A stretch of DNA of 64,000 bases from Malacoraja senta (Eukaryota): positions 17,176,001-17,240,000 of the forward strand of contig CM075987.1 in the NCBI GenBank assembly GCA_038087875.1, in the 5' to 3' direction. The position numbers and the translations under genes are program-made. The notes under the pieces are model-generated. The model did not search any database, was not told the origin of the DNA, and worked only from the letters and a program-made list of their open reading frames with translations. This document shows positions 22,805-35,855 of this stretch, piece by piece. The number at the start of each line of letters is the position of its first letter. Within the stretch, counting starts at the first letter, position 1.

Positions 22805-23190
22805 TTGATTCATAAATTTCATCCAGGGCTCCCGCAATTTCCTCTCTAGATTCCCACAATGTCCTCGGATATATCAGATCAGGCCCTGGAGGTTCGTCTA
22901 CCTTCAAACACGACAGTACCTTCAGTACTTCCTCGACGGTAACCCTGACTGCTCTCAAGACACTTCCAGTGACTGCTCCAATTTCCTCCGTCCTACTGTC
23001 CTTCTCCTCGGTAAATACAGAGGAGAAATACTCATTGAGGACCTTGCCCATCTCCTGTGACTCCACACAGAGGTGACCGCTTTGATCCCTGAGAGGTCCC
23101 ACTCTCTCCCTCTAGTTACCCTTTTCCCCCTTATGTATTTGTAATATCTGTCGGGATTGTCCTTAATACTACCCACCAGAGCTATGCCCA
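22805..23190 (-). mobile_element. CR1 ORF2 fragment (pre-RT region)
   Basis: LNEYFSSVFT...PGPDLIYPRTL in ORF 22701-23102. Confidence 0.8.
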
Positions 23191-23591
23191 ACACCATGCC
23201 CACGGATTACAATGCTAAAGTGGGGTACATCACCAGGCTTTGTCCTGCCCTCCTCTCTTCCACAAGGGTGGACGCAGCACAGGATGAGGGGTGATGGTGT
23301 CGAGGTGTACAAGATCATGAAGGGGAAAGACAGATGAGTGCAGAGTCTCTTATCCAGAGTAGGGCAACCAGGAGGGCATCACGGTAAGGTGAGGGGGAAA
23401 GATGCCATCGCAATCTGAGGGGTAACACATCCCCTACCTCCCCACATCCATCCCACCCCACACCTACACCCCACCTAACCCACCACCACACCCACCCCAC
23501 ACCCCCTCCCCACCTATCCCTCCCCACACCCACACCTCACATCCCACCCGTCCCCACACACACCCCCCATCTGGTGTCCCCCTGCCCGTAC

Positions 23592-23815
23592 CTGGAGATG
23601 TCCCAGAGACAAGAGTTGATGAGCAGGACGTCAGGGGAGGGTCCGGTGAGCAGCTCCTGCAGCAGCCCCTCCATGCGGGGGTAGTAAGCGCGGGTGAGGA
23701 AGTGGAAGCGCAGGAGGTGGTGGGGTAGACAGAGCTGCCGGCTCTCCCAGAACCCCGTGCCGTTAGTCCGCTCACTCGACCCCAACAGCCGGTCCCCCTC
23801 GAAACTCGCCTCACA
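23592..23815 (-). CDS. PCED1A: PCED1A exon (CEASFEGD...HHLLRFHFLTRAY...PDVLLINSCLWDISR)
   Basis: Matches human HHLVRFYFLTRVY...PDLVIINSCLWDLSR; canonical splice sites. Confidence 0.95.
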
Positions 23816-24170
23816 CTGTGGGGGGAAGGGGGTTAGATAGCCCACACACCCCCCCACACCCGCCCCCCACACATCCTCCCCACACCCGCTCCCCCCCACA
23901 CCACACCTCCCCCCACACCACACCCGCTCCCCACACAAACTCACACCCCCCCACATCCTCCACCACACCCCCCCACACAACTCACACACCCCCCACATCC
24001 TCCACACCACACCCCCCCACCACACACCACACCCCCGCTCTCCACACAACCCACACACATCCTCCCCACACCACATACCCCTCCACACACCACCCCACAC
24101 CACACACCACACCCCCCCCCCACACCCGCTCCCCACACCACACACACCCCCTCCCCCCACTTCCCCGTAC

Positions 24171-24249
24171 CTTGTGGCGTAACTGGGCGTTGTCAGGTAG
24201 GCGTCCTTCTGTAGGAACAGCACCAGGTCCTTGTACACCGTCCGCTGGT
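24171..24249 (-). CDS. PCED1A: PCED1A exon (NQRTVYKDLVLFLQKDAYLTT/xQLRHK), 1 nt short
   Basis: Matches human [27 protein letters not shown]. 79 nt where 80 are required; frameshift near 24185-24189. Confidence 0.9.
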
Positions 24250-24459
24250 CTAAGGGAGAGGGGTAGAGGGATGGGAGGGATGGGAGAGAGAGGGGTGGGG
24301 GGGGGGGAGTGATGGGGGGAGAGAGAGGGGTGGGGGGAGAGAGGGAAGGGGGGGAGAGAGAGGGATGGGGGGTAGAGAAGTGTGGGGGGGAGAGGGCAGT
24401 ATTAATCATGGACCCTGGTCTAGATGAACCTCCACCAGTTGATCGGCTCGATCCACACA

Positions 24460-25067
24460 CTCTGTGAAACATCACCTATCCATGTTCTCCACAGATGCTG
24501 CCTGACCCGCTGAGTTACTCCAGCACTGTGTGAAACGTCACCTATCCATGTTCTCCACAGATGCTGCCTGACCCACCCGCTGAGTTACTCCAGCACTCTG
24601 TGAAACGTCACCTATCCATGTTCACCACAGATGCTGCCTGACCCGCTGAGTTACTCCAGCACTCTGTGAAACGTCACCTACCCATGTTCCCCACAGATGC
24701 TGCCTGACCCGCTGAGTTACTCCAGCACTCTGTGAAACGTCACCTATCCATGTCCTCACAGATGCTGCCTGACCCACCCGCTGAGTTACTCCAGCACTCT
24801 GTGAAACGTCACCTATCCATGTTCTCCACAGATGCTGCCTGACCCACCCGCTGAGTTACTCCAGCACTCTGTGAAACGTCACCTATCCATGTTCTCCACA
24901 GATGCTGCCTGACCCGCTGAGTTACTCCAGCACTCTGTGAAACGTCACCTATCCATGTTCTCCACAGATGCTGCCTGACCCGCTGAGTTACTCCAGCACT
25001 CTGTGAAACGTCACCTATCCATGTTCACCACAGATGCTGCCTGACCCACCCGCTGAGTTACTCCAGC
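24460..25067. repeat. 60-64-bp tandem array derived from a Penelope pLTR segment; related arrays at 25790-25986, 29450-29785 and 37915-38250
   Basis: Unit ctctgtgaaacgtcacctatccatgttctccacagatgctgcctgacccgctgagttactccagca, about 10 copies. Confidence 0.85.
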
Positions 25068-26464
25068 TTTATGTCCATTTTCTAGGAACAGAATCCTAGC
25101 CTGCCAAACCTCTCCCTATAGCTCAGGCCCTCAAGTCCTGGTAACATCCTGACAGCTTCTCTCCACTCATTCCAGCTTAATGGCATGGAGCCACATCCAC
25201 TCCAGCCCGATGTGTCCAAACTGAGCAAGATGCTGAATCTTGTGGCACCTGCCTGCGTTTGGCCAATATCCCCATCACTCAGATGCTCAAAGCGAGGCAT
25301 CTTCCCCATGTCCATGTGAAGCCTGTGGGAGGGTTGTTTTTTTAGTGTGATGTGTGGGTGGAAACCGGAGATCCCAGAGAAAACCCACCAGGTCACGGGG
25401 AGAAGGTACAAACTCTGTACTGACAGCACCGTATTCAGGATGGAACCCGGGTCTCTGGTGCTGTGAGGCAGCAACTCTACCGTAAAAAGTAGCAGAGGGC
25501 AGGAAAGGTGAGTGTGAGCTGGCCATTAATCTGGGGCAGTGGTAGTGATGAAGGGAGAGTGAGGGGGGAAGCAGAGATGGGTGTGGGCAGGGTGCAAGGG
25601 GAACCTTGGCTGACCAGATTGGTGCAGCTAAGTTGCCAGTGATACTATGGACTGTACATGATGGGCCGTTAGACCACAACATTGAGCAAGTCAGTGAGGA
25701 ACAGGAAATCCCCACCAGAGCTTGCAGAATGAGGAAGGAACGATCAACAACTTGTAGTTAGTGTGAAGCAACCAGAACTTGATAGAATTCACCTATCCAT
25801 GTTCTCCACAGATGCTGCCTGACCCACCCGCTGAGTTACTCCAGCACTCTGTGAAACGTCACCTATCCATGTTCTCCACAGATGCTGCCTGACCCACCCG
25901 CTGAGTTACTCCAGCACTCTGTGAAACGTCACCTATCCATGTTCTCCACAGATGCTGCCTGACCCACCCCGCTGAGTTACTCCAGCTTTATGTCCATTTT
26001 CTAGGAACAGAATCCTAGCCTGCCAAACCTCTCCCTATAGCTCAGGCCCTCAAGTCCTGGTAACATCCTGACAGCTTCTCTCCACTCATTCCAGCTTAAT
26101 GGCATGGAGCCACATCCACTCCAGCCCGATGTGTCCAAACTGAGCAAGATGCTGAATCTTGTGGCACCTGCCTGCGTTTGGCCAATATCCCCATCACTCA
26201 GATGCTCAAAGCGAGGCATCTTCCCCATGTCCATGTGAAGCCTGTGGGAGGTTTGTTTTTTTAGTGTGATGTGTGGGTGGAAACCGGAGATCCCAGAGAA
26301 AACCCACCAGGTCACAGGGTGAAGGTCTGAGCACCACGAGCAATTAGTAAGCAAAGACTAAACTAAACTACGTATATAACATTATAGTTTCCAGGATGGA
26401 AACGTCAAACACGGCAAATAGGTTTTAGAGTGAGAGGGACAACGTTTTAAAGGAGATACAGTGT

Positions 26465-26778
26465 TTACAGTGGGTGCTGGGTGTGGGGGTACAGTGGGTG
26501 CTGGGTGTGGGGGTACAGTGGGTGCTGGGTGTGGGGGTACAGTGGGTGTGGGGTACAGTGGGTGCTGGGTGTGGGGGTACAGTGGGTGCTGGGTGTGGGG
26601 GTACAGTGGGTGTGGGGTGTGGGGGTACAGTGGGTGTGTGGGTGTGGGGTACACAGGGTGCTGGGTGTGGGGTACAGTGGGTGTGGGGTACAGTGGGTGC
26701 TGGGTGTGGGGGTACAGTGGGTGCTGGGTGTGGGGGTACAGTGGGTGCTGGGTGTGGGGGTACAGTGGGTGCTGGGTG
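26465..26778. repeat. 24-bp minisatellite (tacagtgggtgctgggtgtggggg)n
   Basis: Direct inspection. Confidence 0.9.
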
Positions 26779-27231
26779 CCTGGAACGTGTTGCCAGGGGT
26801 GGTGGTGGCCGGGGACATTTAGACAGGCAGGGAATGGAGGGATCACGTGTGGATGGGATTGGCATTGTGGTCAGCACGGCCATGATGTCCCTGTGCTGCC
26901 TGTTGCCTGTAGATGGTGAAGGGTGCTGCCACGTGGGTCTGGCCCGATTGTGCAGAGTTGTTTACAGATAGAGCATGGACACAGACCCTTCAGCCCACCA
27001 AGTCTGTTCACACACCGATTCCATGTTATCCCACTTTCTCATCCACTCCCTACACACTAGGGACAATTAACCTACAAACCCACACGTTTTGGGGATGTGG
27101 GAGGAAAGGGGAGCACCCAGAGGAAACAAGCAGAACGTGCAAACTCCACACAGACAGCACCCGAGGTCAGGATGGAACCTGGGTCTCTCCTGCAGGGAGA
27201 GGAAGGGCAGGCTGGAGTCATCAGTCAGTCA

Positions 27232-28040
27232 CTGGGCTGCTGGGCCCGTTACTGTTTGTCATCTACATCAATGATTTGGATGAGAACATACAAGGCAAGA
27301 TTAGCAAGTTTGCTGATGATACAAAAGTGAGTGGTTTTGCAGATAGTGAAGATGGTTGTGAACGATTGCAGCAGGATCTGGATCGATTGGCCAGGTGGGC
27401 GGAGGAATGGTTGATGGAATTTAATACAGAGAAGTGTGAGGTGTCGAACAAGGGCAGGACCTACACAGTGAATGGTAGGCCTCTGGGTAGTGTTGTAGAG
27501 CAGAGGGATCTAGGAGCACAGATGCATGGTTCCTTGAAGGTCAAGTCACAGGTAGATAAGGTGGTCAAAAAGGCTTTTGGTACTTTGGCCTTCATCAGTC
27601 AGAGTATTGAGTATAGAGGTTGGGAGGTCATGTTGCAGTTGTATAAGACGTTGGTGAGGCCGCATTTAGAATATTGTGTTCAGTTCTGGGCACCATAGAA
27701 ACATAGAAAATAGGTGCAGGAGTAGGCCATTCGGCCCTTCGAGCCTGCACTGCCATTCAATATGATCATGGCTGATCATCCAACTCAGTATCCTGTACCT
27801 GCTTTCTCTCCATACCCCCTGATCCCTTTAGCCACAAGGGCCACATCTAACTCCCTCTTAAATATAGCGGGAGCTATAACCATGTTATAGGAAAGATCTT
27901 GTCAAGCTTGAAAGGGTTCAAAGAGGATTCACGAGGATGTTGCCAGGACTAGAGGGTGTGAGCTATAGGGAGAGGTTGAGTAGGCTGGGTCATGTTGGCC
28001 AGTGTGGGCGAGTTGGGCCGAAGGGCCTGTTTCCACACAG
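27232..28040 (+). mobile_element. CR1 RT fragment interrupted by an antisense CR1 3' end (27697-27870); V-SINE-like fragment at 26985-27190
   Basis: ORF 26913-27698 with FADDTK and HLEYCVQFWAP. Confidence 0.85.
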
Positions 28041-28484
28041 TCACTGGGTGACTCTGTGATTCGATGAATGCTGATCACCCCGTGCTGCTGCCCACCCCCA
28101 TCACACACACCCCCCCACCACCCACCCCCGCCCACACACACCACCACCCACCCCCCTCCACACACACACCCCCCCATCACACCCTCACACACACCCTCCC
28201 CGCACCCCCACACCCCCAACGCACCCCCACCCACCCCCCTCCACACACACCCACCCCCACCCCCCTCCACACACACCCACCCCCACACCCACCCCCCTCC
28301 ACACACACACCCCCCTCCACACCCCCACCACCCACCCCCCTCCACACACACACCCACCCACACACTACCACCCACACCCTCCTCACACACACACCACCAC
28401 CCACCCACACACCCACACCGCCACACACACCACCACCCACAACCCCCCCCCCCCACGTGCTGGGTGTTGTGCGCCGCCACTTAC

Positions 28485-28557
28485 TGGAATCCCCCATGAT
28501 GATGACAAACTTGTTGCGCAGTAGCTGCGCCGCCTCCTCCGAGGTGAACGACATCAT
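28485..28557 (-). CDS. PCED1A: PCED1A first coding exon (MMSFTSEEAAQLLRNKFVIIMGDS) with the SGNH block-I GDS serine
   Basis: Matches human ...SEVQQLLHNKFVVILGDS. Acceptor ctccag| at 28566, donor A|gtaagt. Duplicate copy at 36949-37021. Confidence 0.93.
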
Positions 28558-28696
28558 CGCCGGGAGCTGGAGGTCACAGGTCACACTGGGGTCACTGAGG
28601 ACAAAGTCACACCAAGGTCACATGGCACAGGTCATACCAGGGTCACGGGTTAGGATTTCCTTGCAAAACCGGGAGGACGACATCAGCCAGTGTTGC

Positions 28697-29006
28697 AGGT
28701 GGCCAATGAAAGGAAGGTAGCCTGATGGGTCCAGTAGGGGTATCAGGTGGCTTGATGGGTCCAGTAGGGGTATCAGGTGGCCAATGAAAGGAAGGTAGCC
28801 TGATGGGTCCAGTAGGGGTATCAGGTGGCCAATGAAAGGAAGGTGGCCTGATGGGTCCAGTAGGGGTATCAGGTGGCCAATGAAAGGAAGGTGGCCTGAT
28901 GGGTCCAGTAGGGGTATCAGGTGGCCAATGAAAGGAAGGTGGCCTGATGGGTCCAGTAGGGGTATCAGGTGGCCAATGAAAGGAAGGTGGCCTGATGGGT
29001 CCAGTA
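28697..29006. repeat. 48-bp tandem repeat with a GGCCAATGA motif in each full unit
   Basis: 6 CCAAT-bearing copies; duplicated at 37161-37470. Confidence 0.9.
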
Positions 29007-30199
29007 GGGGGGGATAAGGGCTGCAAGGTCAGGGACAATGGATGACCAAGGAGGTTGGAGACTTGGCTGGGAGCAAAAAGGAAGCGTATATGTCAGGTTT
29101 AAGATGGTGCTGATGAGGAATATAGTGGGAAAGAGCTGGTGCGTGATCAGAAGGGCCAAAAAGGCTGTGAAACATCATTGCCGAGACGGTTGCATGAAAA
29201 TCCCAAGACTCTTTATACGTGCGTTAAAAATTACAGGGTGACCAGGGAGAAGGTAGGACCACTCCAAGATAAAGGAGGGAATGTATGCATCCAGTTGGAG
29301 GACGTATGTCAGGTACTAAAACAGTATTTTATATCTGTTTTAGGGCATAAGGAATAGTAGAATTAGGCCATTCGGCCCATCAAGTCTACTCCGCATTTCA
29401 ATCATGGCTGATCTATCGAAGATCGGCTGATCGTCTGAAGGGTCTCGACCCGAAACGTCACCTATCCATGTTCTCCACAGATGCTGCCTGACCCGCTGAG
29501 TTACTCCAGCACTCTGTGAAACATCACCTATCCATGATCTCCACAGATGCTGCCTGACCCACCCGCTGAGTTACTCCAGCACTCTGTGTAACATCACCTA
29601 TCCATGTTCTCCACAGATGCTGCCTGACCCGCTGAGTTACTCCAGCACTCTGTGAAACATCACCTATCCATGATCTCCACAGATGCTGCCTGACCCACCC
29701 GCTGAGTTACTCCAGCACTCTGTGAAACGTCACCCATTCCTTCTCTCCACAGATGCTGCCTGACCTGCTGAGTTCCTCCAGCATTTTGTGTCTATCTTCG
29801 GTTTAAACCAGCACCTGCTGTTCCTGGCTACACATAGCTGATCTATCTCTCCCTCCTAACTCCATTCTCCTGCCTTCCCCCCGTAGCCTCTGACACCCAC
29901 ACTGATCGCCAAGCAGAATGACTGAGGACTGTGAGATCAGTGCGGAGAACACAAACATGCTAAAGTAGCTTGAGATCAAGGAGCAAGAGAGGAGATTGTG
30001 GGAGCATTGATGAGGATCTGTATTTTGTTGTCTAGCCACAGGTGAGGTCGTGGAGGACTGAAGAGTGACCAATATTGTTCCTGTGCTTAATGTCTTTCTG
30101 CCATCTGACAATACAGATGGCACACAACAAAAGCTTTTCACTGTACCTCGGTACACGTGACAATAAATTGAAGATACCCAGAGAACTGTAGGCTGCAGG

Positions 30200-30727
30200 T
30201 AGACACCAAATGCTGGCGTAACTAAGCAGGACAGGCAGCATCTCTGGAGAGAAGGGGTGGGTGATGTTTCGGGTCAAGACCCTTCTTCAGACAGAGTTAA
30301 AATGTAAACGAGGACAGTCAGACTAGTCAGAGAAGTGGGAGGGGGGAGGGATGGAGGGTGAGGCAGAGGTTCACTTGCACCTCCTCCAACCACATCTACT
30401 GTATCCGTTGTTCCAGGTGTTGTCTCCTGTATATCGGTGAGACCAAGTGTAGGCTCGGCGATCGTTTCACTGAACACCTCCGCTTAGTCCGCCTTAACCT
30501 ACCCGATCTCCCAGTTGCTCAACACTGTAACTCCCCTTCCCATTCCCACACTGACCTTTCTGTCCTGGGCCCCCTCCATTGTCAGAGTGAGGCCCAGCGC
30601 AAATTGGAGGAACGGCACCTCATATTTCACTTGGGCAGCTTACATTGAACATTGACTTCTCTAACTTCAAGTAACCTTTGCTATCCCTCTCTCCATCCCC
30701 TACCCCCTTCCCAGTTCTCTAACTAGT
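30200..30727 (+). mobile_element. Penelope-like element fragment: GIY-YIG endonuclease remnant with inverted pLTR at its 5' side
   Basis: ORF 30358-30648 IYCIRCSRC..LYIGETKCRLGDRFTEHLR...PVAQHCN. 30320-30360 is roughly the reverse complement of 30688-30727. Duplicate at 38665-39191. Confidence 0.85.
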
Positions 30728-31279
30728 AAACTAATGGAGAGAATTCTTTGAGATAGGATTTACTCCCATTTGTACGGGAGTGGGCTAATTAGTGATTGCC
30801 AGCACGGCTTTGTACGGCAGGTCACGTGTCACTAACTTGATTGAGGTTTTTGAAGAGGTGACAAAGGAGATTAGAAACATAGAAAATAGGTGCAGAAGGA
30901 GGCCACTTGGCCCTTCAAGCCAGCACCACCTTCATAAAGACTACCGGGTGACGTCGCGATGACAACAGTCTGTCTGTCCTTTCATCTTTTTTGTTATTTT
31001 TTGTGTGTTTTAAAAGTTTGTGTTAATGTTCTCTGGTTTGTTTTATGTAGGGGTGGGGGAGGGGGGAGATGTTGCATGTTGAATGGAAGGAGTATACAGT
31101 TAATGGCAAGACACGAAACAGCATTGATGTGCAGAGTGATCTGGGAGTCCAAGTTCATAGCTCACTGAAGGTGGCAGCACAAGTAAATAGGGTGGTAAAG
31201 AAGGCCTATGGTCTGCTTGCTTTCATTGCTAAGCACAGGCCATTGAGTCAAGTCATTATACAGCTCTATCGTTTATATA

Positions 31280-31562
31280 GAGATACAGCATGAAACAGGC
31301 CCTTCGGCCCACCGAGTCCACACTGACCAGCGATCCCCGCACACTAACACTATCCTACACACGCTAGGGACAATTTACAGAAGTCAACTGACCTACAAAC
31401 CTGTCTCTCTTTGGAATGTAGGAAGAAACCGGAGCTCCCAGAGAAAACCCATGCAGGCCACGAGGAGAACGTACCAACTCCGTACAGACAGCACCTGTAG
31501 TCATGTTTGAACCCGGGTCTCTGGTGCTGCAAGGCATCAACTCTACCGCTGAGCCACCGTGA
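31280..31562 (-). mobile_element. HE1/V-SINE-like SINE inserted in a decayed CR1 (duplicate 39744-40026)
   Basis: tRNA-like head (cacggtggctcagcggtagagttg...gggttcaaa), central V-domain-like segment, LINE-type tail. Confidence 0.8.
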
Positions 31563-32519
31563 CAACCAACGTATGACTTTGGTCAGGCCGCATTTGGAGC
31601 GTTGCGTGCAGTTCTGGTCACCCTATTACAAGAAATATGTGGACGTTTTGGAGAGAGCAGAGGAGGTTTACCAGGATGATGCCTGGATTAGAGGGTTTCA
31701 GCTACAGGGAGAGGTTGGACTGGGATTGTTGCCTCTGGAATGTCAGGAGTTGAGGGGAGACAATAGAAGTTTATAAACACATTTCAGGGTGGCAATGTCC
31801 AACATTAGAGGGCATAGCTTTAAGGTGAGAGGGGGAAAGTTTAACAATAGACAATAGGTGCAGGAGGAGTTGCAGACAGTGCAGAGATGTTTCTTTAACA
31901 GAGGGTGGTGCGAGCCTGGAACGTACTGCCGGGGGTGGTGGTGGAGGCAAATACAGTATGCAGATCATACAGGCTTGCAGATATGCAGGGATATGGATCA
32001 CATGCAGGCAGAGGGGATTAGATTAACTTGGCGTCATGTTGGGTATGGACATTGTGGGCTGAAGGGTCCGGTCCTGTACCGTACTGTTACATGTTCTGCC
32101 TCACGTCACGGTAACTGCTCCAGGGGTCAGCACATGGGATCTGTGGCCAAACCCTGTCGGCAACACATGCACCGCCCTCCCCCCCCACTCAGCACCGCCC
32201 CCCCACCCCTCACTCTCCCCCCTCCCCACCACTCTCTCACTACCCACTCTCATCTCTCCCCCTCACCTGCCCCTCTCCCCTCAACCACTCCCCCCCCACC
32301 CCCACCCACCTCTCCCCCTCACCTGCCCCTCCCCTCAACCAATCCCCACCCACTCACCCCCTCCCTCAGCACCACCACCCCCACCCCCCTCCCCCCACCC
32401 CCTATCACCTCTCCCCACCTGCCACTTAACCCCCTCTCACTCTCCCTGCTACCCTCCCCACACCCCTCTCTCCCGTCGCCCACGTTTCTCTCCCCGGGGG
32501 GGGGGGGGGAGATGGAGGG

Positions 32520-34050
32520 TGAGTGAGGGGTGTGAATGAGTGGGATGGGGGGGTGGTGTTGAGGGGGGAGGTTAGTGAGAGGAGGGGGTGAGTGGGATGG
32601 GGGGGGGGCGGTGTTGAGGGGGGAGGTTAGTGAGAGGAGGGAGTGAGTGGGATGGGGGGGGCGGTGTTGAGGGGGGAGGTTAGTGAGAGGAGGGGGTGAG
32701 TGAGTGGGATGGGGGGGGATGAGTGAGTGGGATGGGGGGGGGCGGTGTTGAGGGGGGAGGTTAGTGAGAGGAGGGGGTGAGTGAAGGGGGAGAGTGTGTG
32801 GGATGGGGGCGGTGTTGAGGGGGGAGGTTAGTGAGAGGAGGGGGTGAGTGAGGGGGATGGGGGGGCAGTGTTGAGGGGGGAGGTTAGTGAGGGGGGGTGA
32901 GTGAGTGGGATGGGGGGGGGTGTTGAGGGGGGAGGTTAGTGAGAGGAGGGGGTGAGTGAGTGGGATGGGGGGGCGGTGTTGAGGGGGGAGGTTAGTGAGA
33001 GGAGGGGGTGAGTGAGTGGGATGGGGGGGCAGTGTTGAGGGGGGAGGTTAGTGAGAGGAGGGGGTGAGTGAGTGGGATGGGGGGGCGGTGTTGAGGGGGG
33101 AGTTAGTGAGGGGGGGTGAGTGAGTGGGATGGGGGGGCGGTGTTGAGGGGGGAGGTTAGTGAGAGGAGGGGGTGAGTGAGTGGGATGGGGGGGGCGGTGT
33201 TGAGGGGGGTGAGTGAGTGGGATGGGGGGGGCGGTGTTGAGGGGGGGTGAGTGAGTGGGATGGGGGGGGCGGTGTTGAGGGGGGTGAGTGAGTGGGATGG
33301 GGGGGGGCGGTGTTGAGGGGGGTGAGTGAGTGGGATGGGGGGGGCAGTGTTGAGGGGGGAGGTTAGTGAGAGGAGGGGGTGAGTGAGTGGGATGGGGGGG
33401 CGGTGTTGAGGGGGGAGGTTAGTGAGGGGGGGTGAGTGAGTGGGATGGGGGGGCAGTGTTGAGGGGGGAGGTTAGTGAGAGGAGGGGGTGAGTGAGTGGG
33501 ATGGGGGGCGGTGTTGAGGGGGGAGTTAGTGAGGGGGGGTTAGTGAGGGGGGGTGAGTGAGTGGGATGGGGGGGCAGTGTTGAGGGGGGAGGTTAGTGAG
33601 AGGAGGGGGTGAGTGAGTGGGGATGGGGGGGCAGTGTTGAGGGGGGAGGTTAGTGAGAGGAGGGGGTGAGTGAGTGGGATGGGGGGGCGGTGTTGAGGGG
33701 GGAGTTAGTGAGGGGGGGTTAGTGAGGGGGGGTGAGTGAGTGGGATGGGGGGGCAGTGTTGAGGGGGAGGTTAGTGAGAGGAGGGGGTGAGTGAGTGGGA
33801 TGGGGGGGCAGTGTTGAGGGGGGAGGTTAGTGAGAGGAGGGGGTGAGTGAGATGGGGGGGGCGGTGTTGAGGGGGGTGAGTGAGTGGGATGGGGGGGGCG
33901 GTGTTGAGGGGGGTGAGTGAGTGGGATGGGGGGGGCGGTGTTGAGGGGGGTGAGTGAGTGGGATGGGGGGGGCAGTGTTGAGGGGGGAGGTTAGTGAGAG
34001 GAGGGGGTGAGTGAGTGGGATGGGGGGGCGGTGTTGAGGGGGGTGAGTGA
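32520..34050. repeat. G-rich minisatellite in PCED1A intron 1 (duplicate 40980-42500)
   Basis: Unit roughly gtgagtgggatggggggcggtgttgaggggggaggttagtgagaggaggggg; G-quadruplex-prone. Confidence 0.9.
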
Positions 34051-34227
34051 GGGGTGTGCGGGGGGTGGGGCGGGGTTTTTCTCACTGGCCCTTGCGGCCG
34101 GTGTGAGCGGTTTCCCCGCGGGACGAGGTGTGTGTGGGGCGTTGCCGGTCTCCCGGTGTGTGGGGGTGAATGTGTATGTGTGTGTGTGGTGGGGGGGGGG
34201 GGGGGCGGTGCTGGGCCCGTGTTCCTC

Positions 34228-34530
34228 ACCTGTCCTGGTCCGGTCTGGTCCTGTCCGGTCCGGTCCGCCCCGGTCTACCCGCCGTTGCCGCTGTGGACGG
34301 TTTCCCGGTTTGTGGTGTGTGGGTGGGCGGTGCTCGGTGTGAGGGGGGGGGGGGCGGTGCTGGGCCCGTGTTCCTCACCTGTCCTGGTCCGGTCTGGTCC
34401 TGTCCTGTCCTGTCCGGTCCGGTCCGGTCTACCCGCCGTTGCCGCTGTGGGCGGTTTCCCGCCGCTACCCTCCCTCCGTCACCACCTGACCCGGCGGCCA
34501 ATCGGCGGCGAGACACAAACCCCGCCCCCC
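34228..34530 (-). promoter_or_regulatory. PCED1A: Putative PCED1A promoter and non-coding first exon: CCAAT box 34498-34502, GC box ~34520, donors CAG|gtgagg at 34379 and 34230
   Basis: CpG-rich; NF-Y-type ggccaatcg and Sp1-type ccccgcccc; correct orientation upstream of the ATG exon. Duplicate at ~42678-43115. Confidence 0.6.
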
Positions 34531-35655
34531 CCCCGGCGGCAGGGTCACCGGGTCAGGGGTTGTGCAGGGGTCAAGCAGAGGGATTCGGCCCAAATGCAGG
34601 CAAATGGGACTATCCCAAGGCCAATTTGGTCGGCATGGCCAAGGTGGACCGAAGGGCCAGTTTCCATGCTGTACAGCAAGGAGTTGGTTGTTGGAAGGTA
34701 GTGAGTGTTTGAAACTCTCTACTGGAGTGGTTAATGGGCATTGGATGTGATCTCTCGTGTGCAAACCCAGAGCTGGAGGAGACAGTTCATCGATGGAAAT
34801 ATCAAACGGTCACACCAAAACGCTGACGTTAAATATAACAGCAAGCAGGAAGAACTGTTCAATTAGTTTTACCATTTATTCATAAATTATTAAATATACA
34901 TTTTATCACCAGTACTTACAATCCAAAAATGATTGATAATGAAAGCAACCACATCTAAAGTGCATCTAAAGCAGCTGGAATGAAGAATGATCCATCTTCA
35001 ATCCCTAGTCAAAGCTTCTTCACTCCTGTTCGTCAGATGATTGATTGTACGGGAATGAGGTAAGGCTCTAATCGTGGTTCCACCAGCAGAATTAGTGAAA
35101 CAAGGTACAGCAGTGGGCATGATGCTGGGGACAGGGTCCGTGCACAGTAGCACACCTGGCTACAGGTGGTCACTAGACTGTATATACCTGCCCTGCAGAT
35201 TGTATACCCATGTGTCCCACAGGTACAGTGTACCACCACCACCCACGCTGCACCTTCCAGGCACTCACCAGCCTCCATGTATAAAAAACTTGCAGTGAAC
35301 ATTTCCTTGAAACTTGCCCCTCTCACCTTAAAGCTATGGCCCCAATGCATTTGGCAATTCTACCATGGGGAAAGATTCTGAACGTCTACCCCATATACAC
35401 CTCTCATCATTTTATAAACGTCTATCAGGTCTCCCCACAACCCCTACATTGCACCCTCTCCCTGTAGCTGAAACCCTGTAATCCCGGCAACATTCTAGGA
35501 AAGCTCCTCTGCACCATCTCCAAAGCCTCCACATCCTCCTGTAATGGGGCGACTGGAGCCACACATAATACTCCAAATACAGCCTGACCAACATCCTATA
35601 AAGCTGCCCGACCATTGAAGGCAAGCATACCATATGGGTTCTCTACTCTTATCTA

Positions 35656-35855
35656 NNNNNNNNNNNNNNNNNNNNNNNNNNNNNNNNNNNNNNNNNNNNN
35701 NNNNNNNNNNNNNNNNNNNNNNNNNNNNNNNNNNNNNNNNNNNNNNNNNNNNNNNNNNNNNNNNNNNNNNNNNNNNNNNNNNNNNNNNNNNNNNNNNNNN
35801 NNNNNNNNNNNNNNNNNNNNNNNNNNNNNNNNNNNNNNNNNNNNNNNNNNNNNNN
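35656..35855. other. Assembly gap (200 N)
   Basis: N run. Confidence 0.99.

Noticed and set aside
24460..25067. CRISPR-like or active retrozyme array
   Set aside because: Units are head-to-tail with no unique spacers and lack the CTGANGA box.
31480..31562. tRNA gene
   Set aside because: It is the tRNA-derived head of a SINE, continuing into the SINE body; no full cloverleaf.
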